A DNA stretch of 64,000 bases from an uncultured Alphaproteobacteria bacterium (GTDB taxonomy: Bacteria > Pseudomonadota > Alphaproteobacteria > Micropepsales > Micropepsaceae), in assembly GCA_963766265.1 (NCBI GenBank), contig CAVXYX010000001.1:414297-478296 (forward strand). The letters run 5' to 3'. Position numbers and translations under genes: made by a program. Below the pieces are notes generated by a model. It did not search any database and had not been told where the DNA came from. It saw only the letters and a program-made list of their open reading frames with translations. Below are positions 35,985 to 47,949 of this stretch, piece by piece; within the stretch, counting starts at the first letter, position 1, and every line of letters starts with the position of its first letter.

Positions 35985-36674
35985 CTAAAGCGGGCAGGAA
36001 AGCGGGCCCTGCGCTCTTCAGCCGTCCGCGCAAGCGCCAGCGCCAGGAAGTTGCCGGCCAGGGCAAGGCCCTTCTGGATCGATGCCATGGCCCATGCCCG
36101 GCGCCAGATGCCATTGCACGCGGCACGCCCGCCGCGCCCAAGGCGCCGCGCCGCCGCGAACATGGCGCCCGCGGGAATCACCGTGTCGGCATCGCCATGG
36201 GTGAGAAGAATCGGCGGCCGTGGGCCCGTCCGCAGGCGGCGGATCGGCCAGCAGGCCGGAAAAGCCCACGATCGCGGCAGGCGGCACGGCGCGGCGCAAG
36301 CCCAGATGCAGCGACAGCATCGCGCCCTGGCTGAAGCCGGCCAGCACCAGCCGTTCGGGCGGCAAGCTCCAGCCGCGCCAGTTCCGCATCCAGGAATTCG
36401 CTCGATGCGGGGCGCGGCCAGCGGCGACACCGCTCTGCATTTCATGGGGATCGATGCCGGGAAATGGGAAACCATTGAAAGCCCGACGGCGCGCCGGGCA
36501 CGCGGTCGGGCGCATTGGGCGCGACAAAGGCCGCGCCCGGCAGCAATCCCTGCCAATGCGGCGCCAGCCCGATCAGATCATTGCCGTCCGCGCCATAGCC
36601 ATGCAGCAGCACCACCAGATCTGTGGCGCCGGCCCTTTGCGGGCGGGAAGGCGCGGACCGGAGAGCAAAGCCAT
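35985..36674 (-). CDS. Phospholipase/carboxylesterase (alpha/beta hydrolase)
   Basis: LLHGYG, GFSQGAM, HGDAD, GHGI. Confidence 0.85.
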
Positions 36675-36701
36675 GGATGAAAATCTGTTTAGATTGCCGC
36701 C

Positions 36702-37543
36702 ATGATCGTTACACGCTTCGCGCCCTCGCCGACAGGGTATCTGCATCTGGGCCATGCCTTCGCCGCCTTGACCGCGGCGCGGGCGGGCGAGAATTTCCTG
36801 CTGCGCATCGAGGATCTGGACAGGGACAGGCGCGGCGACGAATTCGTCGCCGCGATCTTCGAGGATCTGGCCTGGCTGGGACTTGTCCTGGGACGAGCCG
36901 GTGCTGCGCCAGTCGGCGCGCGCTTCGACGCTTACCGCGAAGCGCTGGCGCGGCTGCGAGCCGTTCACCTATCCCTGTTTCTGCACCCGCAAGGAGATCG
37001 CCGAGGAAATCGCGCGCGCGGCCGAAGCACCGCACTTTGATTCTTTGTCCGCTCCGCGGACGGGGCCGGACGGCCCGCTTTATCCCGGCACCTGCCGCCA
37101 TCTTTCCGATGGACGAACGCGCGGCGCGCATCGCCGGCGGCGAGTCCTATGCGCTCCGGCTGGATGCGGCCAAGGCGGCGGCAGCCGCCGGGCCCGCTCA
37201 CCTTCCTCGAGCATGGCCATGTCCATGCGGTCGATCCGCTGTTGTTCGGCGACGTGGTGCTGGCGCGCAAGGATGTGCCGGCTGCCTATCATCTGGCGGT
37301 GGTGGTGGACGATGCCTTCCAGGGCGTGACCCTGGTGACGCGCGGCGAAGATCTGCTGCCCGCCGCCCATGTGCAGCGCCTGTTGCAGGCGCTGCTGGGC
37401 TGTCCCGCACCGGCCTATGCCCATCACCGCCTGATCCTGGACGAGGATGGGCGCAAATTCTCCAAGCGCGATCGGGCCGTGACCTTGCGGGCCTTGCGCG
37501 CGAAGAGGGCGTTACGCCGGCTGGGGTTGAGGCGCTGTTCTGA
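36702..37543 (+). CDS. gluQ: Glutamyl-Q tRNA(Asp) synthetase
   Basis: [36 protein letters not shown]; no anticodon-binding domain. Confidence 0.88.
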
Positions 37544-38721
37544 CAGAAGGGCCGGATCACGCGGCGGACGATCACGCCAAGCACGAGCGAGCGCGGCGAC
37601 CAGAATCCCATCGGCGCTTGCACTGATCATGAAACCGGCGATGGCGCAGCTGGGACAAGATGCAGCAGGATGGTTTCGAGCGCGGTCGAACGGCCGCGCG
37701 CGCCACAGGAAGGCGATGGCGACGGGCGAGGAACGGGAAAGTCGTAGAGAATACAGATAAGGCGTCGCCAGCAGGCTCGCGGCGCAAAGGCCCGCGCATT
37801 TGAGCGCCAAAAATCCTGCCTGCTGCGCCACAACCAGGCGACGAACACCGCCGTCGCCAGCAAGCAACAGTGCCCTGCGCGGCGAACGCCGGCGCCATCG
37901 GCCGCGCCCGACATCCGCAAGCAGGCCATAGAGGCTTTGCAGCTTGTAGAATCCGCGCATGGCCATGGCTGAGAAAATCATCGCTCATGCCGCCCAGATG
38001 ATGGGCAGAAGGCCGCAAGACTGTCGGGCGCCGCCAGCCATGAGATCAGACAGGATCGCCAGCGTCGCGGCCGCCGCCGACGCAAAGGCGCGCCAATAGC
38101 CGCCGAAGATCAAGCGCCAGGGGAAAGAGCAATCCGAAATGCGGCTTGTAGGTGAGAAGGCCCAGGAGCAGGCCGGCGAGAAGCGGACGCGTTTCAAGTT
38201 GCAGAAGGACGGCCGGCCATCAAGGCGGCGGTGAGAAAGCCGTTCTGCCCCACCATCATGCAGGCCAGACGTGCGGGCGCGGCACAAGGCAAGGAGGGCG
38301 GCGCGGCGATCGCCGGCGATGCGCGCGGCCGCCGCGGCATAGAGCGCCAAGCGAGCCGCCCATCCAGGCCAGGAACGCCGCGCCATAAGGCAGCAGCGCC
38401 AGAAGCATGGCGACCAGGAAAAACAGAGGCGGATAGGCCCAGCCCAGAAAACCGCTCGCGGCGTGATGCATCAGCTGCTTCCTGCAGCGCATGCATCAGC
38501 GGGCCAGTCATAGGCGTGCGCCGCATGCCCGCCGAGCGCCAGGATGCCCGGCGCTCCAGAAGGAAAGAAAATCCACCGCGAGGGGATGGCCGCTCGCATC
38601 CAGAAGCCAGCGATGTGTCAGCGCCAGCACATGACGAGATTCGCCAGATAGGCAAAGCGCAATCGCCGCCCGCCGCCACCAGCGCCCATGGCGATAGTCG
38701 TCCGAGATGCTCTTCGGCCAT
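37540..38721 (-). CDS. GT87/DUF2029-like membrane glycosyltransferase (heavily frameshifted)
   Basis: WAYPPLFF, GQNGFLTAAL, YKPHFG, LATPYLY. Confidence 0.6.
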
Positions 38722-38808
38722 GGCCCATCTTGGCCGCGCAGCCGATTGCGGAGTGCTTAACCGGACCGAGCTGGCTCTTAGCTATCGCTCCTGTGCTAAA
38801 CGCCCGCC

Positions 38809-39138
38809 ATGAGCTGAAACGCATGCCCTCGACCGCCTGTTCGCCACCATCGCCGCGCGCAAGGCGGCCGGCGACGCGTCCGAGTCCTATACCGCCAAGC
38901 TGCTTTCGCAAGGCGTGGAGAAATGCGCCAAGAAATTCGGCGAGGAAGCGGTCGAGACGGCGCTGGCCGCGGTCTCCGGCGACAAGGCGCATCTGGCGGC
39001 GGAAAGCGCCGATGCGCTTTATCATCTGCTGGTGCTGTGGGCCGCGGCCGGCATCACGCCCGAAGATGTCTATGCCGCGCTTGAAGGCGCGCGAAGACCA
39101 ATCCGGCTTGGCGGAAAAAGCCGCCGCGCAAAAGCTAG
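38809..39138 (+). CDS. hisE: Phosphoribosyl-ATP pyrophosphatase
   Basis: [26 protein letters not shown]. Confidence 0.9.
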
Positions 39139-39574
39139 GCGCCGGTCTCTTCTTCCTCGGCCAGGCTTTTGACCAGGTCCAGCACGCGCTTGCGCACCTT
39201 GGGATCCTTGATCTTCATGAAGGCCAGCGAAAGCTGCAGCCCTTCGCCGGAGGAAACGAACTCCATCACCGGCGCGCTGGCTTCGGCTGAGCCCGTCCGC
39301 CGGCGCCGCCGACGCCGTCATAGAAGAAGTCGATCGGCACGCCCAGAATGCGCGCGATCTCGAACAGGCGGCCGGCACCGATGCGGTTGACGCCTTTTTC
39401 GTATTTCTGCACTTGCTGAAAGGTGAGACCCAGCAGATCGCCCAGCTTTTCCTGGCTCATGCCGATCAGCATGCGCCTGATGCGCACGCGATTTCCGACC
39501 TGGGCGTCTATGGGATTGGCTTTTTTGGTCACGCGCATCTTCGGATGGATTGACGGCCGGAAACTTAGCCGCAT
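39135..39574 (-). CDS. XRE-family HTH regulator
   Basis: [15 protein letters not shown]...[17 protein letters not shown]. Confidence 0.9.
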
Positions 39575-39597
39575 GATCATCGAACTGAAAGAAATAA

Positions 39598-41160
39598 TTA
39601 CGGCTGGTTGCCGAACTCTCTTTCGCGCTTGAATAAAGTCCCAATGCGACCGCCGCCAACAAAAGCAGCGCAAAGAGAACATCGCCAAAGCGCGCATAGA
39701 GCGTGGCAGGCAACGCGCGCGGCAGCTGCGCATCGACCACGCCCATGCGTCCCAAGATCGAGATGCGCGGTGATCCGGCCCATACGGATCGATCATCGCC
39801 GATATTCCCGTATTGGCATGCACGCGCCACGGGCAAGCCTTCTTCGATGGCGCGCACGCGCGCAATCAGAAGATGCTGCATCGGTCCCGCCCAGGGGCCG
39901 AACCAGGAATCGTCGGTGACATTAACCAGCCAGCCGGGCCGCTGATCGGCTGTCACCGCGCCGGGGAAAATGATCTCGTAGCAGATCAGGGGCGTGACGT
40001 CGGGCGCGCCGGCGACCGGATAAATGTGCGGCCCATCGCCGGCGGAGAAGCCGCTCCTGACCTTCTGTCAGCTTGGTGATGCCGATGCGGTTGAGACATG
40101 CGGCGAAGGGCACATATTCGCCGAACGGCACCAGATGGAATTTGTCATAGACCGCGTCGATGCTGGCCGCCGGGGCCGAAAATATACAGCGAATTATAGA
40201 ATGCGACTTCGTCGCCGGAGCGCTCGCCGCGCGGGCCGCGCCGGTGATCAGGCTGCGGCCGCCTGCGTCAGCAAGCGCGATCTCGATCCAGCGCCGCGGG
40301 CGAGCGGTCGAGCAGGAAGGGCGGCGCCGCTTCCGGCCAGATGATGTGCGTGACCTGCCCGGCCGGCGCGGACAGATCGAGCAGCCTTTGCCAGTTGCGC
40401 ACCACATAGCGGCGCACATATTTCTCGTTCTGCGGCACGTCCGGCTGCACCAGCCGCACCAGCCATGCCGGGCACATTCTGGGTGGGCGTCGCGGCCAGC
40501 CGGACCGCGCCGTAAACCCAGAGACAGGCGAACAGGAGGATCATCGCGAGCGGCGCGGCGATCGGCGGCGGCGCGCAGAATTCCGCCAGGGACGCGCCCA
40601 GAAGAATGGTGAGGAAGGAAAGGCCATAGGCGCCGATCAGCGAGGCGCTTTGCATCACCGCCCAGCGAGGCGCCCCAGCCATAGGCGGGCAGATTCCAGG
40701 GAAAGCCGGTGAGCGCATGGCCGCGCACCCATTCGGCCACGGCATAGAAGACCGCGAAGACCAACAGCCGCGCCGGACCGTCCTGCCAGAACCAGCATCG
40801 CCAGCGCCGCAGGCGATGCCGGCATAAAGCGCAAGCCCGCCGGTCAGAAACAGGATGGCGAACGGCAATCTGCCAGAGATGGGCGGAGGGATCGACCATG
40901 AAGGCATAACCGATCCAGTGCCAGCCGATCAGATATTGGCCGAAGGCGAAGGCCCAGCCGCACAGCGCGGCGATGCGCAAGGGACCCCGGCCTGATGCCG
41001 CGCCATCCAGCAGCAGCACCAGAGCGGCAAATCCCAGCAGCAAGGCGGGAAAGAATTCCACCGGCGCAAAGCCCAGGGCGGAAATGGCCCCCGCCGCAAA
41101 GGCGAAGCCCGCGCGCCGCCAGCCTGTCAGGCCGCGGATCGCCATCACCCAGGCGATCAA
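39598..41160 (-). CDS. lnt: Apolipoprotein N-acyltransferase
   Basis: GFPWN, WPE, DKFHLVPFGEY, ICYE, VTDDSWFG. Confidence 0.92.
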
Positions 41161-41169
41161 ATCCCCTCA

Positions 41170-42057
41170 TCATGCCGGAGGGTGGTTCTCGGCGCGGCGG
41201 ATGCGAAGCCGCTTGATGCGGCGCGGATCGGCTTCCAGCACCTCGAATTCATAGCCCGAAGGATGGGCGACGATCTCGCCCCGCTGCGGCACGCGGCCCA
41301 GCAGCGATGCCACCAGCCCGCCCAGGGAATCGACATCCTCGTCGGCTTCCGGCGTGGACAAGATCGATGCCGGTCTCGGTCTTGAAATCTTCCAACTCGA
41401 CCCGCGCATCGGCGACGAAGCCGTCCGCCGTCGCTGTCGCAGCGCGGGCGCTTCCTCGTCATGCTCATCGGCGATGTCGCCCACGATCTCCTCGATGATG
41501 TCCTCGATCGAGACCAGCCCGTCGGTGCCGCCATATTCGTCGATCACCAGCGCCAGATGGGTGTGGCTGGCCTGCATCTTGAGCAAGAGATCGAGCGCGC
41601 GCATGGACGGCGGCACGAACAGGATCGGCCGCTTGATGCCGGCGATGGTGGCGGAGCGTCAGGCGGTAGCCGTCCGCCGTCCCGGTTCGAGCAGCGCCAG
41701 CACATCCTTCACATGCACCAGGCCGGTGGGATCGTCGAGATTCTCGCGATAGACCGGCAGGCGCGAATGCTTGGCGTCGCGGAACAGGCTCACCAATTCG
41801 GCCAGCCGGCGTGTCTTCGTCCGCCGCCACGATCTGGGCGCGCGGCACCATCACATCGGACACTTTCAATTCGCCGAACGCCAGCAGGTTGGCGAGCATC
41901 ACCCGTTCCTGCTGCGAGAGCGCCGGCTCCTTGCGATCGCTTTCCTCGATCACCTCTTCCAGGCTTTCGCGCATCGCCGCGCTGGAGGGGTCTTCGCCGC
42001 GCAGGATCTGCATCAGGCGCTTGAACAGCGGCGGATGGCTGGCGGGGCGTCGCTCAT
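41170..42057 (-). CDS. corC: CorC/HlyC CBS-domain protein
   Basis: VSDVMVPR, HSRLPVY, IDEYGGTDGLVSIEDIIEEIVGDI, CorC C-terminal domain. Confidence 0.85.
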
Positions 42058-42520
42058 CCCGCCACCTCGTAGGGATCGGCGATGCCGAGACGGCCGAGAA
42101 TCTTGATTTCCAGCGCTTCCATCACTTTGGCGTCGCGGGCGCGGATATGGTCATGGCCCGCCAGATGCAGCACGCCATGCACCACCAGATGGACGGCATG
42201 ATCGGCGAAACGCTTGCCGGACGCCTTGGCTTCCCGGCGCGTCACGCCCAAAGCCAGGGCGATATCGCCGCGATACCTGTCCGGATTGGGCGCGGCGGGA
42301 AAGGACAGAACATTGGTGGGCTTGTCCTTGCCGCGAAATTCGCGATTGAGGACTTTCAGCCGGCGGTCGTTCGACAGAAGCACGGTCAAGGAATAGGACG
42401 CCGCGAAATCCGGCCGCCCTCGCCGCCGCCGCGGCGGCGCGCTTGAGCTTGGGCATGAGCCCGCGAAATCTGCGCCAGCCGGGATCGTCCACCACCACCA
42501 GAATGCCTGTTGGCGGTCAT
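42054..42520 (-). CDS. ybeY: rRNA maturation RNase YbeY
   Basis: FRGKDKPTNVLSFP, HGVLHLAGHDH. Confidence 0.93.
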
Positions 42521-43498
42521 TTGCCATGCGCACTATAGGCGGCGACGACACGGCTGACGAGGGCGTGGCGCACCACATCCGCGTCGCCGAAGCGGGCGAC
42601 GCCCACGCCTTCCACACCTTCCAAGATGGAAAGCGCCTCGTTGAGGCCGGTGGCGGTCCCGCCGGGAAGATCGGATTGCGATGGATCGCCCGTCACCACC
42701 ATCTGGCTCTCCTCGCCCAGCCGGGTGAGCATCATCTTCATCTGGGCCGGGCGTGGTGTTCTGCGCCTCGTCCAGAATCACGAAAGCGCGGCGTCAAAGT
42801 GCGGCCGCGCATGAAGGCCAGCGGCGCCACTTCGATCACGCCCTGGTCCATCAGCCGCGTGGTCTGTTCGCCCAAAACGTCGAACAAGGCGTCGTAAAGC
42901 GGGCGCAGATAAGGATCGATCTTTTCCTTGAGGTCGCCGGGCAGAAAGCCCAGCCGCTCGCCCGCTTCCAGAGCCGGGACGCGACAGGATCAACCGCTCG
43001 ACCCGGCGTTGGAACAGCATATGCGCGCCGAAGGCGGCGGCGAGATAGGTCTTGCCGGTGCCCGCCGGCCCGACGCCGAACACCAGCGGATTGTCCCGCA
43101 TCAAATCGAGATAGGCGCTTTGCGCGGGACTGCGCGGGCTTGGTGATGCGCGTGGTCGCGGTGCGGATGGCGCCGTCATTCATGCCGCGTCCGCTGTTGG
43201 CGTCGGAATCGGTGAAACGGATTTCCGCATCCACTTCGGCCAGGGTGATGCTTTCGCCGGCTTCCAGCCGGGCATAGAGCGCGCGCAGGATGGTGGCGAC
43301 GCGGACGCGCGCGAGCGTCGGCCCCGACAGGGCGATCAGATTGCCGCGCTGGGTGATGAGGACGGACAGTCGCTGTTCCAGGCGGGCGAAATGCTTTTGG
43401 TGCGGACCCGACAGCGCCGCCAGCAATTTGTTGTCGGCGAATTCCAGTAGGAGCTGCTCGCCCTTGCTTGCGGCGATGGATTTGGCGCGGGCGCTCAA
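42517..43498 (-). CDS. phoH: PhoH-family ATPase
   Basis: [29 protein letters not shown]. Confidence 0.92.
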
Positions 43499-44824
43499 AT
43501 CAGCAGTCCCCTGAGACTGTTGCCCGTAAGGGCTTCGATCTTCACCGGGCGGATGGCGCCGATCAAGGCGGCGGGCGCTTCGACATGAACCGGCTGGAGA
43601 TGGGGCGTGCGGCCCACGATCTGGCCCGCATTGCGGCCAGGCTTTTCGAACAGCACATCCATCGTGCGGCCGATCGCGGCGTGATTGGCTTCATCCTGCT
43701 GCGGAGAAGCAGCTTCTGCAGAATTTCCAGCCGCCCCGTCTTGACGCTTTCCGCCACCTGCTTTTTCGCGGCGGCGGCCGGCGTGCCGGGCCGGGAACTG
43801 TATTTGAATGAGAAGCATTGCGCATAGCCGACGTCGCGCACCAACTGCAGCGTGGCCTCGAAATCCGCGATCGCTCTCGCCGGGAAAACCCGACAATGAA
43901 GTCCGAGGAAAACGCGATGTCGGGACAGCGGTCGCGAATACGGCCGATCAGGCGGCGATAATCATCAGCGCTGTGCTGGCGGTTCATCGCTTCCAGCACC
44001 GTGTCCGAGCCCGACTGGACCGGCAGATGCAGGAACGGCATCAACTTGTCGATACCGCCATGCGCTTCGATCAGATCCTCGCCCATGTCGCGGGGATGGC
44101 TGGTGGTGTAGCGGATGCGCGAGATCTCTTGGATGTCCGCCAGCGCCTCGATCAGCCGCGCCAGCGACCAGGGCGCGCCTTTCGCATCGGTGCCGCGATA
44201 GGCATTGACGTTCTGGCCCAGAAGGACGATTTCCCGCGCACCGCGCGACGACAAGGCGCGCGCTTCCGCCAGAATCTTTTCCGGCGCGCGCGAATGTTCC
44301 GGACCCCTGGTGTAAGGCACCACGCAGAAGGTGCAGAATTTGTCGCAGCCTTCCTGCACGGTGAGAAAGGCGCTGACGCCGGTGTCGGAGACCGCTTCCG
44401 GCAGGGCATCGAATTTTTCCAGGGCGGGAAAATCGGCTTCCACCCGTTCGCCCGAGCCACGGGCGATGCGGGCGATCATCTCCGGCAGGCGATGATAGGA
44501 TTGCGGCCCCACCACCATGTCCACCACCGGTGCGCGGGTGATGATCTCTTCGCCTTCCGCCTGGCCGGTGCAGCCGGCCACCGCCACGATCATGCGGCCG
44601 CCGCTTTTTTCCTTTTCGTCTTTCAGGGCGCGGATGCGGCCCAGTTCGGAATAGACCTTTTCCGTCGCCTTCTCGCGGATATGGCAGGTGTTGAGGATCA
44701 CCATGTCGGCGCCGGCGGCCGCCTCGGTTCCGGCATAGCCCAAGGGCGCCAGAAGGTCCGCCATGCGCGCCGAATCATAGGCGTTCATCTGGCAGCCATA
44801 GGTCTTGATGAAGAGCTTTTTCAT
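43495..44824 (-). CDS. miaB: tRNA methylthiotransferase MiaB
   Basis: [15 protein letters not shown] radical SAM motif, TRAM domain. Confidence 0.96.
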
Positions 44825-44902
44825 GGGGTCCGGGGGTCAAATACCCCAAATCCCTATGCAAATCACCGGCTTTCTTCCCCGCCCGGGCGCCGGCGCAGAG
44901 AC

Positions 44903-45673
44903 TCAAAAAAGCCCCGCCAGCGCAGCCGCCTGGCCTTTTCGCACCATATCCCAGGCCACAAGCGCAAGTTCCTTGCGGTCCATGGCCTCCAGCGGCGGAT
45001 GGAATTGCAGCACCACATCCAGCGGACCGGCCTCCAGCGCCTCCCACAGATGCGGCACCAGCTCCATGTCGCCATACCAGGCGTAAAGCGGGCGGTTTTC
45101 CCGCCCCATGGGGATGCCCTCGCGCGCCACATAGGCGGTGGAAACCGGCTGCACGGTCACTTTGCGGCCCTGATGGAAGGCGGAATCGGCGGCACTGAGC
45201 AGGGCGCTTTTGAACGGCAGCACGGAATTGCCGTCATCCGAAGTGCCCTCCGGAAACAGCACCAGTACATCGCCTTCGGCCAGCCGCTCGGCGATGGCGT
45301 CGCGGGCCTGGCCGGTTTCGCTCCGCCGCGAGCGGGTGACAAAGACCGTGCGCTGCAACCGCGCCAGCGTGCCGAAAAAGGGCCAAGCGTTCACTTCCGA
45401 TTTGGCGATGAAGGAGAGCGGCGCCACCGCGGAGAAAATCACGATGTCCAGCCAGCTGGTGTGGTTGGCAAGCAGCAAAGCCGTGCCGTCGGGCGGGGTT
45501 CCCACGACGCGGATCCTGATGCCGAACAGATAGGCGACAAAGCGGTGATAGCGGTGCGGAAAGCTGCGCCGCGCGGGCAGCCGCAAGGTCACGAACAGCC
45601 ACTGCAGGGGAATCAGCAGGAACGTGACGATGAGAAACACCGTCAGAACAAACGCAGCGCGAGCTTTTGGCAT
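44903..45673 (-). CDS. Lysophospholipid acyltransferase (PlsC/OlsA-like)
   Basis: NHTSWLD, FIAKSEV, FPEGT. Confidence 0.9.
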   Translation of the reverse strand: MPKARAAFVLTVFLIVTFLLIPLQWLFVTLRLPARRSFPHRYHRFVAYLFGIRIRVVGTPPDGTALLLANHTSWLDIVIFSAVAPLSFIAKSEVNAWPFFGTLARLQRTVFVTRSRRSETGQARDAIAERLAEGDVLVLFPEGTSDDGNSVLPFKSALLSAADSAFHQGRKVTVQPVSTAYVAREGIPMGRENRPLYAWYGDMELVPHLWEALEAGPLDVVLQFHPPLEAMDRKELALVAWDMVRKGQAAALAGLF

Positions 45674-45675
45674 TA

Positions 45676-45750
45676 CCCCCTCCGGCCTTCGCACCTGAGC
45701 GGTGCTACGGCCACCTCCTCCGCCGGCGCTTCGCGCGCAGGGGAGGCGGG
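45676..45750. repeat. Family A repeat, copy 3 (inverted)
   Basis: Reverse complement nearly identical to 23530-23602. Confidence 0.85.
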
Positions 45751-45785
45751 CCGGTGCATGCCGCACGGTCCGAGGGGAGGTCTCA

Positions 45786-46211
45786 TCACAGCTTTGGCTT
45801 TTTGCCTTTCGGCACGCCGTAAAGCTCCAGGCGGTGATCCACCAGCTCGAAGCCCAGCTCTTCGGCGACGCGGCGCTGAAGCTTCTCGATCTCTTCGTTG
45901 CGGAATTCGATCACGCTGCCCGTCTGGATATCGATGAGATGGTCGTGATGGCTCTCGGGCATTTCTTCATAGCGGGCCCGGCCGTTCCTGAAATCATGCC
46001 GTTCGAGGATGCCGGCATCCTCGAACAGCTTGACGGTGCGGTAGACCGTGGCGATGGAGATGTGAGGGTCGATGGCCGCGGCGCGGCGATAAAGCTCTTC
46101 CGCGTCGGGATGGTCGCCTGCGCCCGACAGCACGCGCGCGATCACCCGGCGCTGCTCGGTCATTCGCAGGCCCTTGTCGACGCAGAGTTTCTCGATCCGC
46201 GTCACCATCAT
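45786..46211 (-). CDS. fur: Fur-family regulator
   Basis: LRMTEQR, ATVYRT, HHDHLID. Confidence 0.9.
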   Translation of the reverse strand: MMVTRIEKLCVDKGLRMTEQRRVIARVLSGAGDHPDAEELYRRAAAIDPHISIATVYRTVKLFEDAGILERHDFRNGRARYEEMPESHHDHLIDIQTGSVIEFRNEEIEKLQRRVAEELGFELVDHRLELYGVPKGKKPKL

Positions 46212-46238
46212 TCCCCGTGCGCGATTGCAGAACCAAAC

Positions 46239-46682
46239 TTAGGCGAAAACTTCCGGATTCGGAAGCGGGAGGGAAACCTTCAGGACTTCGGCATCCCTGC
46301 CGCCATAATAAGCCTTGCGCAGTCCCACCGGCTTGAACCCCAGGCCGCGGTAAAGCGGCAGGGCCGCTTCGTTGTCTTTCGCCACTTCCAGAAACAGCGT
46401 CACGGCGCCCAGGCCTTGCGCATGAGTCGCAGCCCGCCGCACCAGGGCGCTGCCAATGCCCTGGCGGCGCCTTTCGGGAAGAACCGCCAAGGTGAGGATT
46501 TCCGCTTCGCCGCCAACCGCCCGGGCCAGAATGAAGCCGTCCGCATGCGCGTAGGCGAACACGCCGGGGCCGGCAAAGAGATCGCGGATGGCCGCGGCGC
46601 TCCAGGCATCTGCGAACGATGTGGCGTGCAGCGCCGCAAGGGTGGCGGCATCGTCCGTCTGCGGATCGAACAGCCGAAGCAT
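46239..46682 (-). CDS. rimI: RimI-like GNAT acetyltransferase
   Basis: EAEILTLAV, RRQGIG, FLEVAKDN, RKAYY; follows tsaB. Confidence 0.8.
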   Translation of the reverse strand: MLRLFDPQTDDAATLAALHATSFADAWSAAAIRDLFAGPGVFAYAHADGFILARAVGGEAEILTLAVLPERRRQGIGSALVRRAATHAQGLGAVTLFLEVAKDNEAALPLYRGLGFKPVGLRKAYYGGRDAEVLKVSLPLPNPEVFA

Positions 46683-47329
46683 CAGGCGGGAAGCTTTCCG
46701 CCGGGAAGCTTGGCATCAGGCGCCCTGAGATAAAGAGGCGCGGGCGGGAAATCTGATACCGGCCGGGTGATGGCCAGCCTCGCCACCCACAGCGCGTCGG
46801 GCTGGCGGATTTCGGAGAGCGGGAAGTCTTGGCCCAATGCCGCTCCGGCTGCGGCAGCGCCGGTGCCGCACAACGCGCAGGCGCCGAAGCCGCGAACGCG
46901 CGCCAGCGCCTCTTGGAACGGCATCACCGTTGGCGGAAGGACGATCTCGCCCTTGTCCCACAGCAGCAGATACGCCTCGTCGCGCTTGGCATCATGAATA
47001 GCCGCGCAACGTTCTGCTCCGGTGGCGAATGCCATCGCCTCCAGAGTGGTGATGCCGGTCAGCGGTTTCTTCAACGCCACCTTCAGCCCCCGCATGAAGG
47101 CCAGGCCCACGCGTTGGCCGGTGAAGGTGCCGGGGCCCGTGGTGACGGCCAGGAGATCAAGCGCGCCGAACGCGACGCCGGCATCGCGCATCGTGCCTTC
47201 CACCATGGGGGCAAGGGCTTCGGCATGGCCGCGCGCCATTTCCTCGAAGCGATGGGCGAGGACTTTCCCCCCATCGATCACGGCTGCCGAGCACGCGCCC
47301 AGCGCCGTATCGACGCCGAGAATTCTCAA
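46682..47329 (-). CDS. tsaB: TsaB
   Basis: ILGVDTA, GHAEAL, GPGTFTGQRVG. Confidence 0.92.
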   Translation of the reverse strand: MRILGVDTALGACSAAVIDGGKVLAHRFEEMARGHAEALAPMVEGTMRDAGVAFGALDLLAVTTGPGTFTGQRVGLAFMRGLKVALKKPLTGITTLEAMAFATGAERCAAIHDAKRDEAYLLLWDKGEIVLPPTVMPFQEALARVRGFGACALCGTGAAAAGAALGQDFPLSEIRQPDALWVARLAITRPVSDFPPAPLYLRAPDAKLPGGKLPA

Positions 47330-47922
47330 AGTATCTTGCACGCTTCGTCGAAGGACAGGCGCGGATTGCGGGGGAACACGCCCGCCGGGTCGCCATAGCC
47401 GATGGCGCAGATGAAATTCGATTTGACGTTGGTGCCGCCGAAGAATTCCTTGTCCACGCCCACGCTGTCGAAGCCCGACATGGGGCCGCAATCCAACCCC
47501 AGCGCGCGGGCCGCGACGATGAAATAACCCCCCTGCAGGCTGGAATTGCGGAAGGCCGAGATGCGGTTCAACTCTTCATTGCTGGTGAAGACGTCCTTCA
47601 TCTTGGGATTGTTGGGGAAGAGATGGGGCAGCTTCTCGGCAAAATCCAAATCCATGCCGATGATGGCGACGACCGGAGCCGTCATGGTCTTTTCCTGGTT
47701 GAGCGGCGCCAGAAGGGGCTTGAGGCGTTCCTTGGCGGCCTGGGAGGTAAGAAACAGGATGCGCGCGGGGGAAATGTTGGCCGAGGTGGGCCCCCAGCGC
47801 ATCAGGTCATAGAGCGCCATCAGATGAGCGTTGGAGACCGGCTTGTTATGCCATTTGTTCTGGGTGCGGGCGTTGCGGAAGATGATGTCGAGCGCTTCGT
47901 CGCTCACCGCGTGTGACGTCAT
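47326..47922 (-). CDS. Nitroreductase, RutE/malonic semialdehyde reductase-like
   Basis: ARTQN, GPTSAN, RNSSLQGGY, GLDCGPMSGFD. Confidence 0.88.
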   Translation of the reverse strand: MTSHAVSDEALDIIFRNARTQNKWHNKPVSNAHLMALYDLMRWGPTSANISPARILFLTSQAAKERLKPLLAPLNQEKTMTAPVVAIIGMDLDFAEKLPHLFPNNPKMKDVFTSNEELNRISAFRNSSLQGGYFIVAARALGLDCGPMSGFDSVGVDKEFFGGTNVKSNFICAIGYGDPAGVFPRNPRLSFDEACKIL

Positions 47923-47949
47923 GACAAACTCCAAATGAGTGAATGAAAA

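Noticed and set aside
43808-45937. Long antisense ORFs (also 23428-25377 and 51562-53337)
   Set aside because: Shadow ORFs opposite miaB, leuS and the TipN-like gene, typical of high-GC codon bias.
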